A stretch of DNA of 64,000 bases from an uncultured Microthrixaceae bacterium (GCA_963703565.1 CAVPEW010000043.1:2013-66012); one strand, 5' to 3'. Positions 1 through 10,740 are shown, counted from the first letter of the stretch. Notes: a model not told the origin generated them from the letters alone. Made by a program: numbers and translations.

Positions 1-88
1 GCAGCATCAACGTCTCGACTCCACCGGGCCCGTCCCGGAGCAGCACCACCGTGGCCGCGGGGATCGGTTCGGCGATCGGTTCGCTCAC
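1..88 (-). CDS. Probable NUDIX hydrolase, 5' end only (runs off the window)
   Basis: Hand translation from GTG at 88: MSEPIAEPIPAATVVLLRDGPGGVETLML, the typical N-terminus of actinobacterial NUDIX proteins. Confidence 0.55.
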   Translation of the reverse strand, partial: MSEPIAEPIPAATVVLLRDGPGGVETLML

Positions 89-121
89 AGGGCCATCCTG
101 CCACCCTCGCCGGCGGTCGGC

Positions 122-815
122 TCAGCCCAGGTCGGCCACCGCCAGCACCGCGCCGCTGCCTGCCAGGAGGCGCATCGCCACGGGGTCCCGGCCAGCTCCC
201 GGCAGGAGCGAGGACCAGTCCCGATCGGCGACATCGCTAGCGGTCCAAGAGCCGACCTCGTGCCAGGCCCCCGCGGCGTCGCGGACCTCGCAGGTCCAGG
301 TTCCTGGCCAGGTCGCCGGACCGTCCAGGTCGAGGGTGATCCGAGCCGGATCGTCCCCGACGCGAACCTCACCGATCTCCTCGCCCGACACGGCGATGAC
401 AGCGGCACGCTCGAGAGGATGGTCGTGGGAGCCCTCGCCGGGTGCCAGCGCCAGCCCGGCCGCGACTCCCACCATCGCGCTCCCCACCGCCGCAGCGATC
501 AGCAGCGCCCGACCGCGCCCCCGGCTACCTCGATCGGATGGCTGTGTCGGTGGGGCCAGGGCGCCCAGGCGAGCGAGGACCCGACCCTCGAAGGCGGCGG
601 GCGGCTCCACCTCCGGCGCCGACGCGAGGCAGCTCGTCGACGATCACTGCGGTCTCGGCCAGCGCCTGACCGCAGCGCCCGCAGCCCGCGGCGTGGTCGA
701 GCAGCGCTCCCCGCTCGGGCTCGGGGAGCTGGCCCAGGGCGAGCTCTTCGAGGCGAGCCTCGAGCGCCGAACAGTCCCGGGAGCGGGCGTCGGCCCCTTG
801 GCGCTCCCCGCTCAT
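122..815 (-). CDS. Zinc-finger (zf-HC2) transmembrane anti-sigma factor, split by an apparent +1 frameshift near 630
   Basis: ATG at 815 overlaps the sigma stop and gives ...LLDHAAGCGRC (HxxxCxxC). Removing one C near 630 reads DELLASAPEVEPPAAFEGRV into ORF 122..610, which has a TM helix and an extracytoplasmic domain. Confidence 0.8.
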
Positions 816-1408
816 CGGGCCCGCTCCCCACCGCGGTGCGTCTCGTCGGCCGGGCGGAGAGCCGCGCGCAACTTCCGGAGCCCGGACTGAACTCGGTACT
901 TGGCGGTGGCCACCGGCACGCCTTCGATCTCTGCGATCTCGGGCGAGGTCCGCGAGGCAACCGTGGCGAGCAGCACCGCCCGCCGCTGCTCGGTCGGCAA
1001 GGCGTCGAGCGCGCCTCGCACGGCATGCAGCCGCGACCCCTGCACGGCCGCCTCCGAGGGGTCCGCCCCCGGGGCCGCAGCGAGCAGGGCGCCGATGTCC
1101 TCGGGGGCCATCGGGCGCGCCCGGCGGGCGCGCACGGCGTCGATGGCCAGGTTTCGGGTGATCGTCAACAGCCACGTCGACACCGCACCGCGGCGGACGT
1201 CGTAGGCCTCGGCATGGCGCCACGCCCGTTCGAAGGCCGCCTGCGCGACGTCCTGCGCGGTGGCCGCGTCGAGGGTCACCGCCAGAGCCAGCCCGTAGAC
1301 GCGGCTCTGGAAGCGGCGGACGAAGGTCGTCGCCGCCTCCGGGTCACCCAGGCCGAGCGCGCTGAGCAGCGCTTCGTCACCCAGCCGATCGGTACGCGCT
1401 GGCCACAC
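812..1408 (-). CDS. ECF RNA polymerase sigma factor (SigK-like)
   Basis: Region 2 (AQDVAQAAFERAWRHAEAYDVRRGAVSTWLLTITRNLAID) and region 4 (LPTEQRRAVLL...EIAEIEGVPVATAKYR). Start placed at GTG 1408 within ORF 812..1681. Confidence 0.9.
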   Translation of the reverse strand: MWPARTDRLGDEALLSALGLGDPEAATTFVRRFQSRVYGLALAVTLDAATAQDVAQAAFERAWRHAEAYDVRRGAVSTWLLTITRNLAIDAVRARRARPMAPEDIGALLAAAPGADPSEAAVQGSRLHAVRGALDALPTEQRRAVLLATVASRTSPEIAEIEGVPVATAKYRVQSGLRKLRAALRPADETHRGGERAR

Positions 1409-1419
1409 CAGGTGCAGGA

Positions 1420-1445
1420 TACGAACGAGCACGGCGCTCGGATGG
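1420..1445 (-). promoter_or_regulatory. Putative ECF promoter CCATCC-N16-CGTA for the sigma/anti-sigma operon
   Basis: Minus strand reads CCATCC GAGCGCCGTGCTCGTT CGTA, ending 11 nt upstream of the GTG start. Confidence 0.65.
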
Positions 1446-1500
1446 GGCCGCGCCCCGGCGCGGCCGGGGCAACGAGTCCGCGACGGAGCTCTACGACGGC

Positions 1501-1526
1501 CCATCCGCGGCGGGGGAACGGGCGTA
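1501..1526 (+). promoter_or_regulatory. Putative ECF promoter CCATCC-N16-CGTA for the lipoprotein gene
   Basis: Plus strand reads CCATCC GCGGCGGGGGAACGGG CGTA, with the same boxes and spacing as the divergent copy. Confidence 0.65.
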
Positions 1527-1577
1527 GAACCACGGCGGCCGCAACCGGCGCGCTGCGTGACGGTCCCGGAGGCCCCG

Positions 1578-2115
1578 ATGAGACGAACCCTGAACGCGGT
1601 GGCGGTGGGCGTGGTGGCGCTGACCCTGATCGCCGCCTGCGGCGACGACGACGACGAACCGGCCTCGACCCCGGCCACCACGACCCAGCCCGGGGACGCT
1701 TCGAGCCTCCACGCAAGCCGCCGGGTCCGGTGACGTCGCAGTCGAGCTGGCCGACAGCGACCTCGGGCGAATCCTGGTGGATGCCGATGGGCGCACGCTC
1801 TACCTGTTCACCAACGACAGCGGCGGCACCAGCTCCTGCGTCGACGCCTGCGCGCAGCTCTGGCCGCCCGCTCCCGCCGGGGGAGACGAAGCGGTCGGCG
1901 ACGGCCTGGACGCCGCCCTGCTGTCGGCGATCGAACGCCCCGACGGGTCGACCCAGCTCGCCTACGGCGGCCATCCCCTGTACCGCTACACCCCGGACGC
2001 CTCGGCCGGTGACGTCAACGGCCAAGGTGTCGGCGGGGTCTGGTTCGCGGTGGACGCATCCGGCGAAGCGGTGCAGGACGCGACGGCCGACCCTGCCTCG
2101 ACCCAGGGTTACTGA
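1578..2115 (+). CDS. Secreted-repeat lipoprotein (COG4315-type, Yx(FWY)xxD motif), apparent +1 frameshift near 1704-1707
   Basis: GGAGG RBS and ATG 1578: MRRTLNAVAVGVVALTLIAAC (lipobox). Continues in the frame of ORF 1777..2115 with GRTLYLFTND, SSCVDACAQLWPP, GHPLYRYTPD and GDVNGQGVGGVW. Confidence 0.8.
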
Positions 2116-2168
2116 GCCGGGCGCCAGCCCGACCAGACGAGGTCTCCAGCCGGTGCCGTCGCGGCCGT

Positions 2169-2360
2169 TCAGGCCGCGTCGGAGCCGGGCTCGCCCACGG
2201 CGGCGTTGTCGGAGCCCTCGGGGTTGTCGTGCTCGGCGAGCCGTTCCGCCTCCGAGGTCTGTGCCTCGCGGCGCACGTCGTCGAGCTCGGCTTCGACCTC
2301 TTCACGGATCTCGGTGGTGCTGCGCGGTTCGTCGCGGGCCTTGTCGCTCACGGGCTTCAC
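2169..2360 (-). CDS. Small acidic hypothetical protein
   Basis: 63-aa Glu/Asp-rich ORF with high-GC codon usage filling the gap before typA. No family recognised. Confidence 0.45.
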   Translation of the reverse strand: MKPVSDKARDEPRSTTEIREEVEAELDDVRREAQTSEAERLAEHDNPEGSDNAAVGEPGSDAA

Positions 2361-2510
2361 TCCTAGGGCTGGTCCGGGTCGGCCGGGGGCCTCGTCGGCT
2401 GCTCCCGGCCGTGGCGGTCACCTGCGCTGCCCGCGGCGCGCGCCCGACAATCGCCTGCTCGCAGCGGGCCCCCGTAGGCTGCACCGTTCCCCCCGTCCCC
2501 CGGAGGCCAG

Positions 2511-4367
2511 TTGGAGACCCGCGCCGATCTGCGCAACGTTGCCATCGTCGCCCACGTCGACCATGGCAAGACCACCCTCGTCGACCAGCTCATGTGGCAG
2601 TCCGGGGCCTTCCGCGCCCACCAGGACGTCGCCGAACGGGTGATGGACTCGATGGACCTCGAGCGCGAGAAGGGCATCACGATCCTGGCCAAGAACACCG
2701 CGGTGCACCACGGCGGGGTCAAGATCAACATCGTCGACACACCCGGGCACGCCGACTTCGGCGGCGAGGTGGAGCGGGCGCTGTCGATGGTCGACGGGGT
2801 GCTACTGCTCGTCGACGCGTCCGAGGGCCCCCTACCCCAGACCCGGTTCGTGCTGCGCAAGGCGCTAGAGGCCAGGTTGCCGGTGATCCTGGTGGTCAAC
2901 AAGGTCGACCGCGCCGACGCTCGCGTCGCCGAGGTCGTGCACGAGGTGGAGGAGCTGTTCCTAGACCTCGACGCCTCCCTCGACCAGCTCGACTTCCCGA
3001 TCGTCTACTGCGTGTCGCGACAGGGCCGGGCCAGCACCGAGCGCCCGGCCGACGGTGCCGGGCTGCCGGAGGGAACCACGCTCGAGCCTCTCTTCCAGCT
3101 GCTGGTGAGCCACATCCCCGCACCCACGTTCGAGCCCGGCGCGCCGCTGCAGGCGCTGGTCACGAACCTCGACGCCTCCCCCTACGTCGGCCGCCTCGCC
3201 CTGTGCCGTGTGCGCGCCGGGACCCTGCGCCGGGGCCAGACCGTGGCCTGGTGCCGTGCCGACGGCAGCATCGAGCGGGCCAAGGTGACCGAGCTCTACC
3301 TGACCCAGGCGCTCGAGCGGGTGCCGGTCGAAGAGGCGGGTCCGGGAGAGATCGCCGCCGTCGCGGGTCTCGCCGATGTCACCATCGGCGAGACCCTCGC
3401 CGACCCCGCCGATCCCCGGCCGCTGCCGGTTATGACGATCGACGAGCCGAGCCTGTCGATGACCATCGGCACGAACACCTCCCCGCTGGCGGGGCGCGAG
3501 GGCACCGCTCTGACGGCCAGGCTCGTCAAGGGGCGCCTCGACGCCGAACTGGTCGGCAACGTCAGCATCCGGGTCCGCGCGACCGAGCGACCCGACGCCT
3601 GGGAGGTCCAGGGGCGGGGCGAGCTCCAGCTGGCGGTGCTGGTCGAGATGATGCGGCGCGAGGGCTTCGAGCTGACGGTGGGCAAGCCCCGCGTCCTGAC
3701 CCGGGAGGTCGACGGGACCGTGTACGAGCCGGTCGACCGCCTCACCGTCGACGTGCCCGAGGAGTACCTGGGAGTGGTCACCCAGCTGCTGGCCCTGCGC
3801 AAGGGCCGCCTCGAGCAGATCGTCAACCACGGCACTGGTTGGGTGCGCGTCGAGCACCTGGTGCCGGCGCGGGGGATGATCGGGTTCCGCACCGAGTTCG
3901 TCACCGAGACCCGCGGCACCGGCCTGGCCCACCACGTGTTCGAGGGCTGGGAGCCGTGGGCGGGGGAGATCCGGGCCCGGCGCAACGGCTCGCTCGTGGC
4001 CGATCGCTCCGGCACGACCACCGGCTTCGCCCTGATGGCCCTCCAAGAGCGCGGGGCGCTCTTCGTCGGCCCGGGCGAGCCCGCCTACGAAGGCATGATC
4101 GTGGGCGAGAACGCCCGGATCGACGACATGGACGTAAACCCCACCAAGGAGAAGAAGCTCAACAACATCCGCTCGTCGACCGCGGAGGCCTTCGAGAAGC
4201 TCGTCCCGCCCCGATCGCTCTCGCTCGAGCAGGCCCTCGAGCTGATCGCCGAGGACGAGTGCGTCGAGGTAACGCCGTTGTCGGTGCGGCTGCGCAAGGT
4301 GGAGCTAGACCAGCCGACTCGGGCCCGGTCTGCCAAGCGTGCCAAGGCCGGCGCCGCGCCTGGCTGA
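2511..4367 (+). CDS. typA: Translational GTPase TypA/BipA
   Basis: [53 protein letters not shown] and C-terminal [13 protein letters not shown] upstream of TTG start. Confidence 0.97.
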   Translation: METRADLRNVAIVAHVDHGKTTLVDQLMWQSGAFRAHQDVAERVMDSMDLEREKGITILAKNTAVHHGGVKINIVDTPGHADFGGEVERALSMVDGVLLLVDASEGPLPQTRFVLRKALEARLPVILVVNKVDRADARVAEVVHEVEELFLDLDASLDQLDFPIVYCVSRQGRASTERPADGAGLPEGTTLEPLFQLLVSHIPAPTFEPGAPLQALVTNLDASPYVGRLALCRVRAGTLRRGQTVAWCRADGSIERAKVTELYLTQALERVPVEEAGPGEIAAVAGLADVTIGETLADPADPRPLPVMTIDEPSLSMTIGTNTSPLAGREGTALTARLVKGRLDAELVGNVSIRVRATERPDAWEVQGRGELQLAVLVEMMRREGFELTVGKPRVLTREVDGTVYEPVDRLTVDVPEEYLGVVTQLLALRKGRLEQIVNHGTGWVRVEHLVPARGMIGFRTEFVTETRGTGLAHHVFEGWEPWAGEIRARRNGSLVADRSGTTTGFALMALQERGALFVGPGEPAYEGMIVGENARIDDMDVNPTKEKKLNNIRSSTAEAFEKLVPPRSLSLEQALELIAEDECVEVTPLSVRLRKVELDQPTRARSAKRAKAGAAPG

Positions 4368-4392
4368 GCGTCCTCGCAGGTAGGCCCATGGC

Positions 4393-6981
4393 CTACCGGC
4401 CGACGTTGCGGGGATCCGCGGGCCAGTCGTGCGTGGGATAGCGGCCGAGCAGCTCGGCGCGAACCGCCTCCCACGAGCCGGCCCAGAAGCCCGGAAGGTC
4501 GGTCGTGACCTGAAGGGGACGGTCAGCGGGGGAGAGCAGTTCGAGGATCACCGGCTCGCCGGCGACCAAGGGGTGCACGGTCGTGCCGAAGAGGTCGGAG
4601 ACCCGCACCGCCGCCCGTACCCCCTCGCCTCGGTAGCTCAGCCTCACCGAGCGCCCGGCACCGAGATCGAGGCGTTCGGGGGCCACTCGATCCAGCTCGG
4701 CCCGCAGCGTCGGATCGAGGCGGCCGAGCAGAACCGCCTCGAGGTCGAGTGCCTCGAGGTCGCCGCGGCCACGGGCGCCTTCGAGCAGAGGGGCGAGCCA
4801 GAGGTCGAGGTCGGAGAGCAGGCCACGATCGGACCAGTCCGGCCACCGGTCCGGATCCAGGCGTCGCAGGTACGCCACCCGGGCCCGCAGGTCGCCGGCG
4901 GGTGCTCCGGGCGCGGTCGTGGCAGGGCGGGAGCCGCGTCCCTTGGCACCGCCCGATCGCCGGCGGTCCCCCGCCCCGCCGCTCTTGCCGGGCGGCCTCG
5001 GTCCTCCGAGGGCCGTCAGGCGGGTGGCGCGCACCCGCTCCACCAGCGCGGCGGTGGTCGCAGGACCCGGATCGGCCCTGCGGTCCGTCGTGCCCAGCGC
5101 GAGCGCGTCGACCCGCTGCTCGGTGCGTTCGACCAGGTCGTCCCGGGACCGATCCCACACCAGCGACGAACGGACCTCCACGGCGTCGCCGAGCGCCTCG
5201 AGGAGGTCGAGCGGGTCGAGCGCGGCAGCTAGGCGGACCCGGGCCCCGCGGCGGGCACCGTCGAGGTCGGCCACCACCAGGGCCTCGGCTCCCGCGAGGG
5301 GGTCGCGGGGCTCGACCAGAGCCTCGGGCCCGCTGCGCAGGGTGAACCGGCCGGCTCGGCCGCGGTGCAGGGCGATGCGGTCCGGATATGCGAGTGCCAC
5401 CAGCGGACCGGCCCGCGCCGGCCGGATCGGTCCGGTCGCGGCGCCAGCCCGCTCGGCGAGCTGGGCGCTGCGGTGTCGAGCCCGGCGCAGCGCCCCGATC
5501 GACAGCGAGCGGTGGGACCGGCCGGGGTCGGCCAGCAGCTCGAGGCGAAGCGCGAGATCCACGGGCACCTCTGCGGGCGGACCCGACAGAACGTCGCGCT
5601 CGTCGAGCAGTGCCGCCAACGCGCAGGCCGTGGGCACGTCATCGGGCGCCGCGTCCACGATCATCCGGGCCAGACGAGGGTGCACGGGCAGCTCGAGCAT
5701 CGCCCGGCCCCGCTCGGTCGGCACGGCTCCCTCGCCCCGTGACCTGGTCACCGCGCCCAGGGTGACCAGCAAGGACAGGGCCTCGTCGAGCGCGGCGGCC
5801 GGCGGCGGGTCGAGCCAGCTCAGCGCGGCCGAACCCTCGGGGCGGTACGCGAGCTCGAGTGCCAGGGAGGCCAGGTCGACCTCGAGGATCTCGGGACGGT
5901 GGAAAGGGCGCCGGCTGGCGTGCTCGAGGGTGGACCACACCCGGTACGCCACGCCCGGGCCCCCTCGTCCGGCGCGTCCGGCTCGCTGGTCGGCCGAGGC
6001 CTTCGATGCTGGGCCGGTCGTGAGGCGGGTCAGCCCGGTGCCGGGGTCATGTCGCGGCCGGCGGGTCAGCCCCGCGTCAACCACCACCCTTATGCCGGCC
6101 ACGGTCAGGCTCGACTCGGCGATGTCGGTCGACAGCACGATCCGGCGACGACCCGCGGGTGACGGCGCCAGAGCCCGGTCCTGGTCCTCGGCGGGCAGCG
6201 AGCCGTGCAGGCGCAGCAGGTCGACAGACGGGTCCAGCGTCGCGTCGAGAGCCCGAGCGACACGGTCGATCTCGGCTGCGCCGGGCAGGAACACGAGAAC
6301 GTCGCCGGGTTCCTCGCGCACGGCCCTGCGCACGGCTGCTGCGACCGCCGTGTCGAGGCGGTCCCGTGGAGCCCCCGGCGCCCAACGCAGCTCCACGGGA
6401 TGCAGCCGACCGTCGCTGTGCACGATCGGCGCGGGTTCGGCGCCCTGGCCGAGCAAGGTGGCCACCGCCTCGGAGTCGATGGTGGCCGACATCGCCACGA
6501 CAGCCAGGTCGGGCCGGCGATGGCGGCGGGCGTCGAGCGCCAGGGCGAGGCCCAGGTCGCTGTGGAGGTGACGTTCGTGCAGCTCGTCGAAGACCAGGCA
6601 GGCCACGCCGCTCAGCGTGGGGTCACGCTGGATCCGTCGGGTCAGGATTCCTTCGGTCACCACCTCGACGGCGACGCCGGGTCCGGTGCGGCGCTCCTCA
6701 CCGGTCACGTAGCCCACGGTGGCCCCGACCGGCTCGCCCAGCGTCTCGGCCAGGCGTCGGGCCGCGGCGCGCGCCGCCAGCCGCCGGGGCTCGAGGACCA
6801 ACACGCGGCCCACGCCGGCACGGCCCGCCAACGCCAGGGGGACAACCGTGGTCTTGCCCGCACCCGGCGGGGCGCTCAGCACGGCGACGCCCCTCTCGGC
6901 AACCGCCGCGACGAGTCGGGGCAGCACGGCCTGCACCGGCAGGTCGCCGGCCCCACCGGGCTGGGGGCTCAGTAGTGCCAC
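4393..6981 (-). CDS. hrpB: ATP-dependent RNA helicase HrpB
   Basis: APPGAGKTT, LEPRRLAARAAA, DELHER, MSAT, QRAGRAGR and HrpB C-terminus ELLSPADRPLQVTTDLPGFWAGSW...YPTHDWP. Start estimated. Confidence 0.93.
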   Translation of the reverse strand: MALLSPQPGGAGDLPVQAVLPRLVAAVAERGVAVLSAPPGAGKTTVVPLALAGRAGVGRVLVLEPRRLAARAAARRLAETLGEPVGATVGYVTGEERRTGPGVAVEVVTEGILTRRIQRDPTLSGVACLVFDELHERHLHSDLGLALALDARRHRRPDLAVVAMSATIDSEAVATLLGQGAEPAPIVHSDGRLHPVELRWAPGAPRDRLDTAVAAAVRRAVREEPGDVLVFLPGAAEIDRVARALDATLDPSVDLLRLHGSLPAEDQDRALAPSPAGRRRIVLSTDIAESSLTVAGIRVVVDAGLTRRPRHDPGTGLTRLTTGPASKASADQRAGRAGRGGPGVAYRVWSTLEHASRRPFHRPEILEVDLASLALELAYRPEGSAALSWLDPPPAAALDEALSLLVTLGAVTRSRGEGAVPTERGRAMLELPVHPRLARMIVDAAPDDVPTACALAALLDERDVLSGPPAEVPVDLALRLELLADPGRSHRSLSIGALRRARHRSAQLAERAGAATGPIRPARAGPLVALAYPDRIALHRGRAGRFTLRSGPEALVEPRDPLAGAEALVVADLDGARRGARVRLAAALDPLDLLEALGDAVEVRSSLVWDRSRDDLVERTEQRVDALALGTTDRRADPGPATTAALVERVRATRLTALGGPRPPGKSGGAGDRRRSGGAKGRGSRPATTAPGAPAGDLRARVAYLRRLDPDRWPDWSDRGLLSDLDLWLAPLLEGARGRGDLEALDLEAVLLGRLDPTLRAELDRVAPERLDLGAGRSVRLSYRGEGVRAAVRVSDLFGTTVHPLVAGEPVILELLSPADRPLQVTTDLPGFWAGSWEAVRAELLGRYPTHDWPADPRNVGR

Positions 6982-7895
6982 GGGAAGCGCGACCAGTCCG
7001 GGGGCCGCTTCTCGAGGAACGCGTCGCGACCCTCGGCGGCCTCGTCGGTGCCGTAGGCGAGCCGGGTCGCCTCCCCGGCGAAGAGCTGCTGGCCGACGAG
7101 GCCGTCGTCGACGAGGTTGAACGCGTACTTCAGCATCCGCTGGGAGGTCGGGCTCTTGGCGTTGATCTGCGCAGCCCACTCGAGCGCCACTGCCTCGAGC
7201 CTGTCGTGGGGGACCACCGCGTTGACGACCCCCATGGCCCGGCCCTGCTCGGCGGAGTACTCGCGCCCCAGGAAGAAGATCTCGCGAGCGAACTTCTGTC
7301 CGACCTGGCGAGCCAGGTAGGCCGAGCCGAACCCGCCGTCGAAGCTGGCCACGTCAGCGTCGGTCTGCTTGAAGCGAGCGTGCTCGGCGCTGGCGATCGT
7401 GAGATCGGCCACCACGTGCAGGCTGTGGCCTCCTCCTGCCGCCCAGCCCGGGACCACCGCTATCACGACCTTCGGCATGAACCGGATGAGGCGCTGAACC
7501 TCGAGGATGTGCAGCCGGCCCGAGCGGGCCGGATCGATGCCGTCGGCGGTGTCGCCCTCGGCGTAGCGGTAGCCGTCGCGGCCGCGGATGCGCTGGTCCC
7601 CGCCGGAGCAAAAGGCCCAGCCGCCGTCGCGGGGTGAGGGGCCGTTGCCGGTGAGCAGCACGCATCCCACGTCGGGGCTCTGGCGGGCGTGGTCGAGCGC
7701 CTGGTGCAACTCGTCGACGGTGCGGGGGCGGAAGGCGTTGCGGACCTCCGGGCGGTCCAGCGCTATCCGAACCGTGCCGTCGTGCACGCAACGGTGGTAG
7801 GTGACGTCGCCCAGCTCCTCGAACCCTTCCACCGTTCGCCACGCAGACGGGTCGAACAAGGCGGATACGGAGAAGGGCGCAGGGTCGCTGGTCAC
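6969..7895 (-). CDS. menB: 1,4-dihydroxy-2-naphthoyl-CoA synthase
   Basis: RPEVRNAFRP, AFCSGGDQRIRG, LHILEVQRLIR, GWAAGGGHSL, FDGGFGS; actinobacterial MenB. Confidence 0.97.
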   Translation of the reverse strand: MTSDPAPFSVSALFDPSAWRTVEGFEELGDVTYHRCVHDGTVRIALDRPEVRNAFRPRTVDELHQALDHARQSPDVGCVLLTGNGPSPRDGGWAFCSGGDQRIRGRDGYRYAEGDTADGIDPARSGRLHILEVQRLIRFMPKVVIAVVPGWAAGGGHSLHVVADLTIASAEHARFKQTDADVASFDGGFGSAYLARQVGQKFAREIFFLGREYSAEQGRAMGVVNAVVPHDRLEAVALEWAAQINAKSPTSQRMLKYAFNLVDDGLVGQQLFAGEATRLAYGTDEAAEGRDAFLEKRPPDWSRFPWHY

Positions 7896-8058
7896 CGTGG
7901 AAGGTTATGGACCCACCGGCGGACGCCGCACCCGGCGGAGGCGGTCGGAGCCGGGAAGATCGGCCAGGTAGTTGGTGAGCGCAATGATCTCTCGGTAGCC
8001 TCTGGCGGTGATCCCCCGGCAGGCCGGCGGACACGGCACGTTCGTTACAGGAGGCCAC

Positions 8059-9831
8059 ATGGCAACGACGGATCCGGCCGCGGCGGCGGTGGACGCAGGT
8101 GCGGAGAGCCCGACAGGGCTCAGCCACCGGCAGATCCAGGTCGTGTTCTCCGGGCTCATGCTCGGAATGCTGCTCGCCGCGCTCGACCAGACCATCGTCT
8201 CCACGGCGCTGCCCACCATCGTGGGCGAGCTGGGCGGCCAGGACCGGCTGGCCTGGGTCGTCACCGCCTACCTGCTCACCTCGACGACGTCCACACCCTT
8301 GTGGGGCAAGGTCAGTGACCTGCTGGGCCGCAAGATCCTGTTCCAGGCCGCCATCGTCGTGTTCCTGGTGGGCTCCGTGCTCATCGGCCTCAGTCAGAAC
8401 ATGACCTCGCTGATAGCCTTCCGGGCGGTCCAAGGCATCGGTGCCGGCGGCCTCATGGCCCTGGCACAGGCCATCATCGGCGACATCGTCGCCCCCCGTG
8501 AGCGGGGTCGTTACCAGGGCTACATCGGATCGGTGTTCGCCGTGTCGAGCGTCGCCGGGCCGCTGCTGGGAGGGTTCTTCGTCGACCAGCTCTCGTGGCG
8601 GTGGGCGTTCTACATCAACCTGCCGATCGGGATCGTGGCCCTCGTCGTGACCGGGTCTGTGCTCAACCTGGACTTCCGCCGCATCGACCACAGGGTCGAC
8701 TACCTCGGTGCCGCCCTGCTCGTCGGCGGGGTCACGCCGCTGCTGCTGCTGACCGAGTGGGGTGGCCGGGAGTACGAGTGGGGGTCGCCCACCATCATCG
8801 GGTTGGGGATCGTCGGGGCCGTCGTGCTGGCCCTGTTCGCCGCCCAGGAGCGCCGAGCCGAGGAACCCATCCTGGCCCCGCGCCTGTTCCGCAACGGAGT
8901 GTTCAACATCACCAGCGCCGGCGGCTTCATCGTCGGTCTGGCGATGTTCGGGGCCATCGTGTTCATGCCCCAGTACCTGCAGATCGTGAAGGGCAACAGC
9001 CCCACCCGGTCGGGACTGCTCATGATCCCGATGATGGTGGGCCTGATGGCGACCTCGATCGGATCGGGCCGGATCATCGCCCAGACGGGCAAGTACAAGA
9101 AGTTCCCGATCATCGGGCTGACGATCCTTCCCGTGGGGCTGTACCTGCTGTCGTTGCTCGACGTCGAGTCGAGCTACGTCCAGCAGGGCCTGTCGGTGTT
9201 CGTGGTCGGCCTCGGCATCGGGATGGTCATGCAGGTGCTCGTGCTCGCGGTGCAGAACGCCGTCGAGCAGCGGGACCTGGGTTCGGCCACCTCTGCGGCC
9301 ACGTTCTTCAGATCGATGGGCGGCGCGTTCGGGGTCGCGATCTTCGGTGCGATCCTCAACAACCGTCTCGACCACAACGTGGCCAACGAGCTGTCACGGG
9401 TCAACGCCGACCCCTCCCAACTGCCGGGCAAGGAGCTGCTGGGAAGCCCTTCGGCCATCCACAGCCTTCCCGAGCCGTTCAAGGGAGCAGTGATCCAGGC
9501 GTTCTCCGACGGGCTCCACGTGGTCTTCCTGTGCGGCATCCCCGTCGCCCTGCTGGGCCTGTTGGTCGTGCTGTTCCTCAAGGAGCTGCCCCTGCGGGAG
9601 TCGGCCCACCTCGGCATGGGATCGTTGGCCGAGGGTGGCGAGGCACTGGCCCCGCCGGGAGCCGAGCTGATGCCCACCGAGGAGGCCGTCGACGAGATCG
9701 AATCGGTCGACCCGGTCTCGACGATCGGCTCATCGGTAGCCTCCTCCACCGCGGGTGGAGCCGGGCCGGTCTCCGGCGCCACCGTCGCGAGCCCCGGACG
9801 CGACTCAGCCGGGCCCTCGGGCCAGCGCTGA
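8059..9831 (+). CDS. DHA2 (EmrB/QacA) MFS efflux transporter
   Basis: LAALDQTIVSTALPTI, WVVTAYLL, GKVSDLLGRK, RAVQGIGAGG, GPLLGG, WRWAFYINLP; GGAGG before ATG 8059. Confidence 0.93.
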   Translation: MATTDPAAAAVDAGAESPTGLSHRQIQVVFSGLMLGMLLAALDQTIVSTALPTIVGELGGQDRLAWVVTAYLLTSTTSTPLWGKVSDLLGRKILFQAAIVVFLVGSVLIGLSQNMTSLIAFRAVQGIGAGGLMALAQAIIGDIVAPRERGRYQGYIGSVFAVSSVAGPLLGGFFVDQLSWRWAFYINLPIGIVALVVTGSVLNLDFRRIDHRVDYLGAALLVGGVTPLLLLTEWGGREYEWGSPTIIGLGIVGAVVLALFAAQERRAEEPILAPRLFRNGVFNITSAGGFIVGLAMFGAIVFMPQYLQIVKGNSPTRSGLLMIPMMVGLMATSIGSGRIIAQTGKYKKFPIIGLTILPVGLYLLSLLDVESSYVQQGLSVFVVGLGIGMVMQVLVLAVQNAVEQRDLGSATSAATFFRSMGGAFGVAIFGAILNNRLDHNVANELSRVNADPSQLPGKELLGSPSAIHSLPEPFKGAVIQAFSDGLHVVFLCGIPVALLGLLVVLFLKELPLRESAHLGMGSLAEGGEALAPPGAELMPTEEAVDEIESVDPVSTIGSSVASSTAGGAGPVSGATVASPGRDSAGPSGQR

Positions 9832-9871
9832 ACGGCACCGGCGGAGGTATCGGCTGCTAGAAAGTCCCGCG

Positions 9872-10300
9872 ATGCACGGTGTCGTCCTCTACGAGAGCCT
9901 CACCGGCAAGACGCGCCTTGCCGGTGAGCGGCTCGCCGGCGAGCTGACGGCTGCCGGGATCGCCACGGTCGCGTGCTCGGTGACCGCAGTCGACTACCAG
10001 GCCCTCCAGCGGGCCGACCTGGTGGTGGTCGGTTCGTGGGTCGACGGGCTCGTCCTGTTCGGCCAGCGCCCTGGGCGCGAGGGTCGCATCCGGGCCCTGC
10101 CTTCGCTGGTGGGCAAGAAGGCGGTCGTCTATCTGACATACGCAGTCGACTCGGGCGGGGCCCTCCAGAAGCTGTCCCGGGCGGTCGAGGCGCTCGGCGC
10201 AGACGTGCTCGGCGGACAGACCATCCGACGGGACCGCATCGACGTCGGCGTGGGCGACCTCGTCGAACGGATCCTGGGCGCCCTCGCCCCGAGCCCGTGA
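9872..10300 (+). CDS. Flavodoxin-like protein
   Basis: VLYESLTGKT phosphate-binding loop and ADLVVVGSW. Confidence 0.7.
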   Translation: MHGVVLYESLTGKTRLAGERLAGELTAAGIATVACSVTAVDYQALQRADLVVVGSWVDGLVLFGQRPGREGRIRALPSLVGKKAVVYLTYAVDSGGALQKLSRAVEALGADVLGGQTIRRDRIDVGVGDLVERILGALAPSP

Positions 10301-10689
10301 CCCGCGACGTCGACCCGCAGCTGTCGGCCCAGCTTGCCGACCTGGCACGAGAAGGCCGAACCGACGAGCTCGTGGCCCACCTGGACGCCGGGGTGAGCGT
10401 CGACCACTCCGGGGCCGACTCCGGTGACACGCTGCTCATGCTGGCCAGCTACCACCGTCGCACCGAGACCGTGATCATGCTGCTGCAGCGTGGGGCAGAC
10501 CCGAACCTGGCCAACCTGAAGGGTCAGACCCCCCTCGCCGGCGCGGTGTTCAAGGACGCCGTGGATGTGCTCGAGGCCCTCGTACGGGCCGGGGCCGACC
10601 CGCATGCCGGGGAGCCCTCTGCGTGGGCGACGGCCCAGATGCTCGACCGCGTCGACCTGATCTACCGCCTGGACCCGCCCCGCTTCTGA
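10297..10689 (+). CDS. Ankyrin-repeat protein
   Basis: GDTLLMLASYH...LLQRGADPNLANLKGQTPLAGAVFK; GTGA overlap with the upstream gene. Confidence 0.88.
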   Translation: MTRDVDPQLSAQLADLAREGRTDELVAHLDAGVSVDHSGADSGDTLLMLASYHRRTETVIMLLQRGADPNLANLKGQTPLAGAVFKDAVDVLEALVRAGADPHAGEPSAWATAQMLDRVDLIYRLDPPRF

Positions 10690-10740
10690 GCGCGGCGGCT
10701 CATCCGATCGTCGAACCCCCCAACACATCACGGAGGCAGC

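Noticed and set aside
260..4441. 1393-aa ORF and the many other long Arg/Pro/Gly-rich ORFs in the track
   Set aside because: Off-frame or antisense shadows of real genes in very high-GC DNA; no domain motifs.
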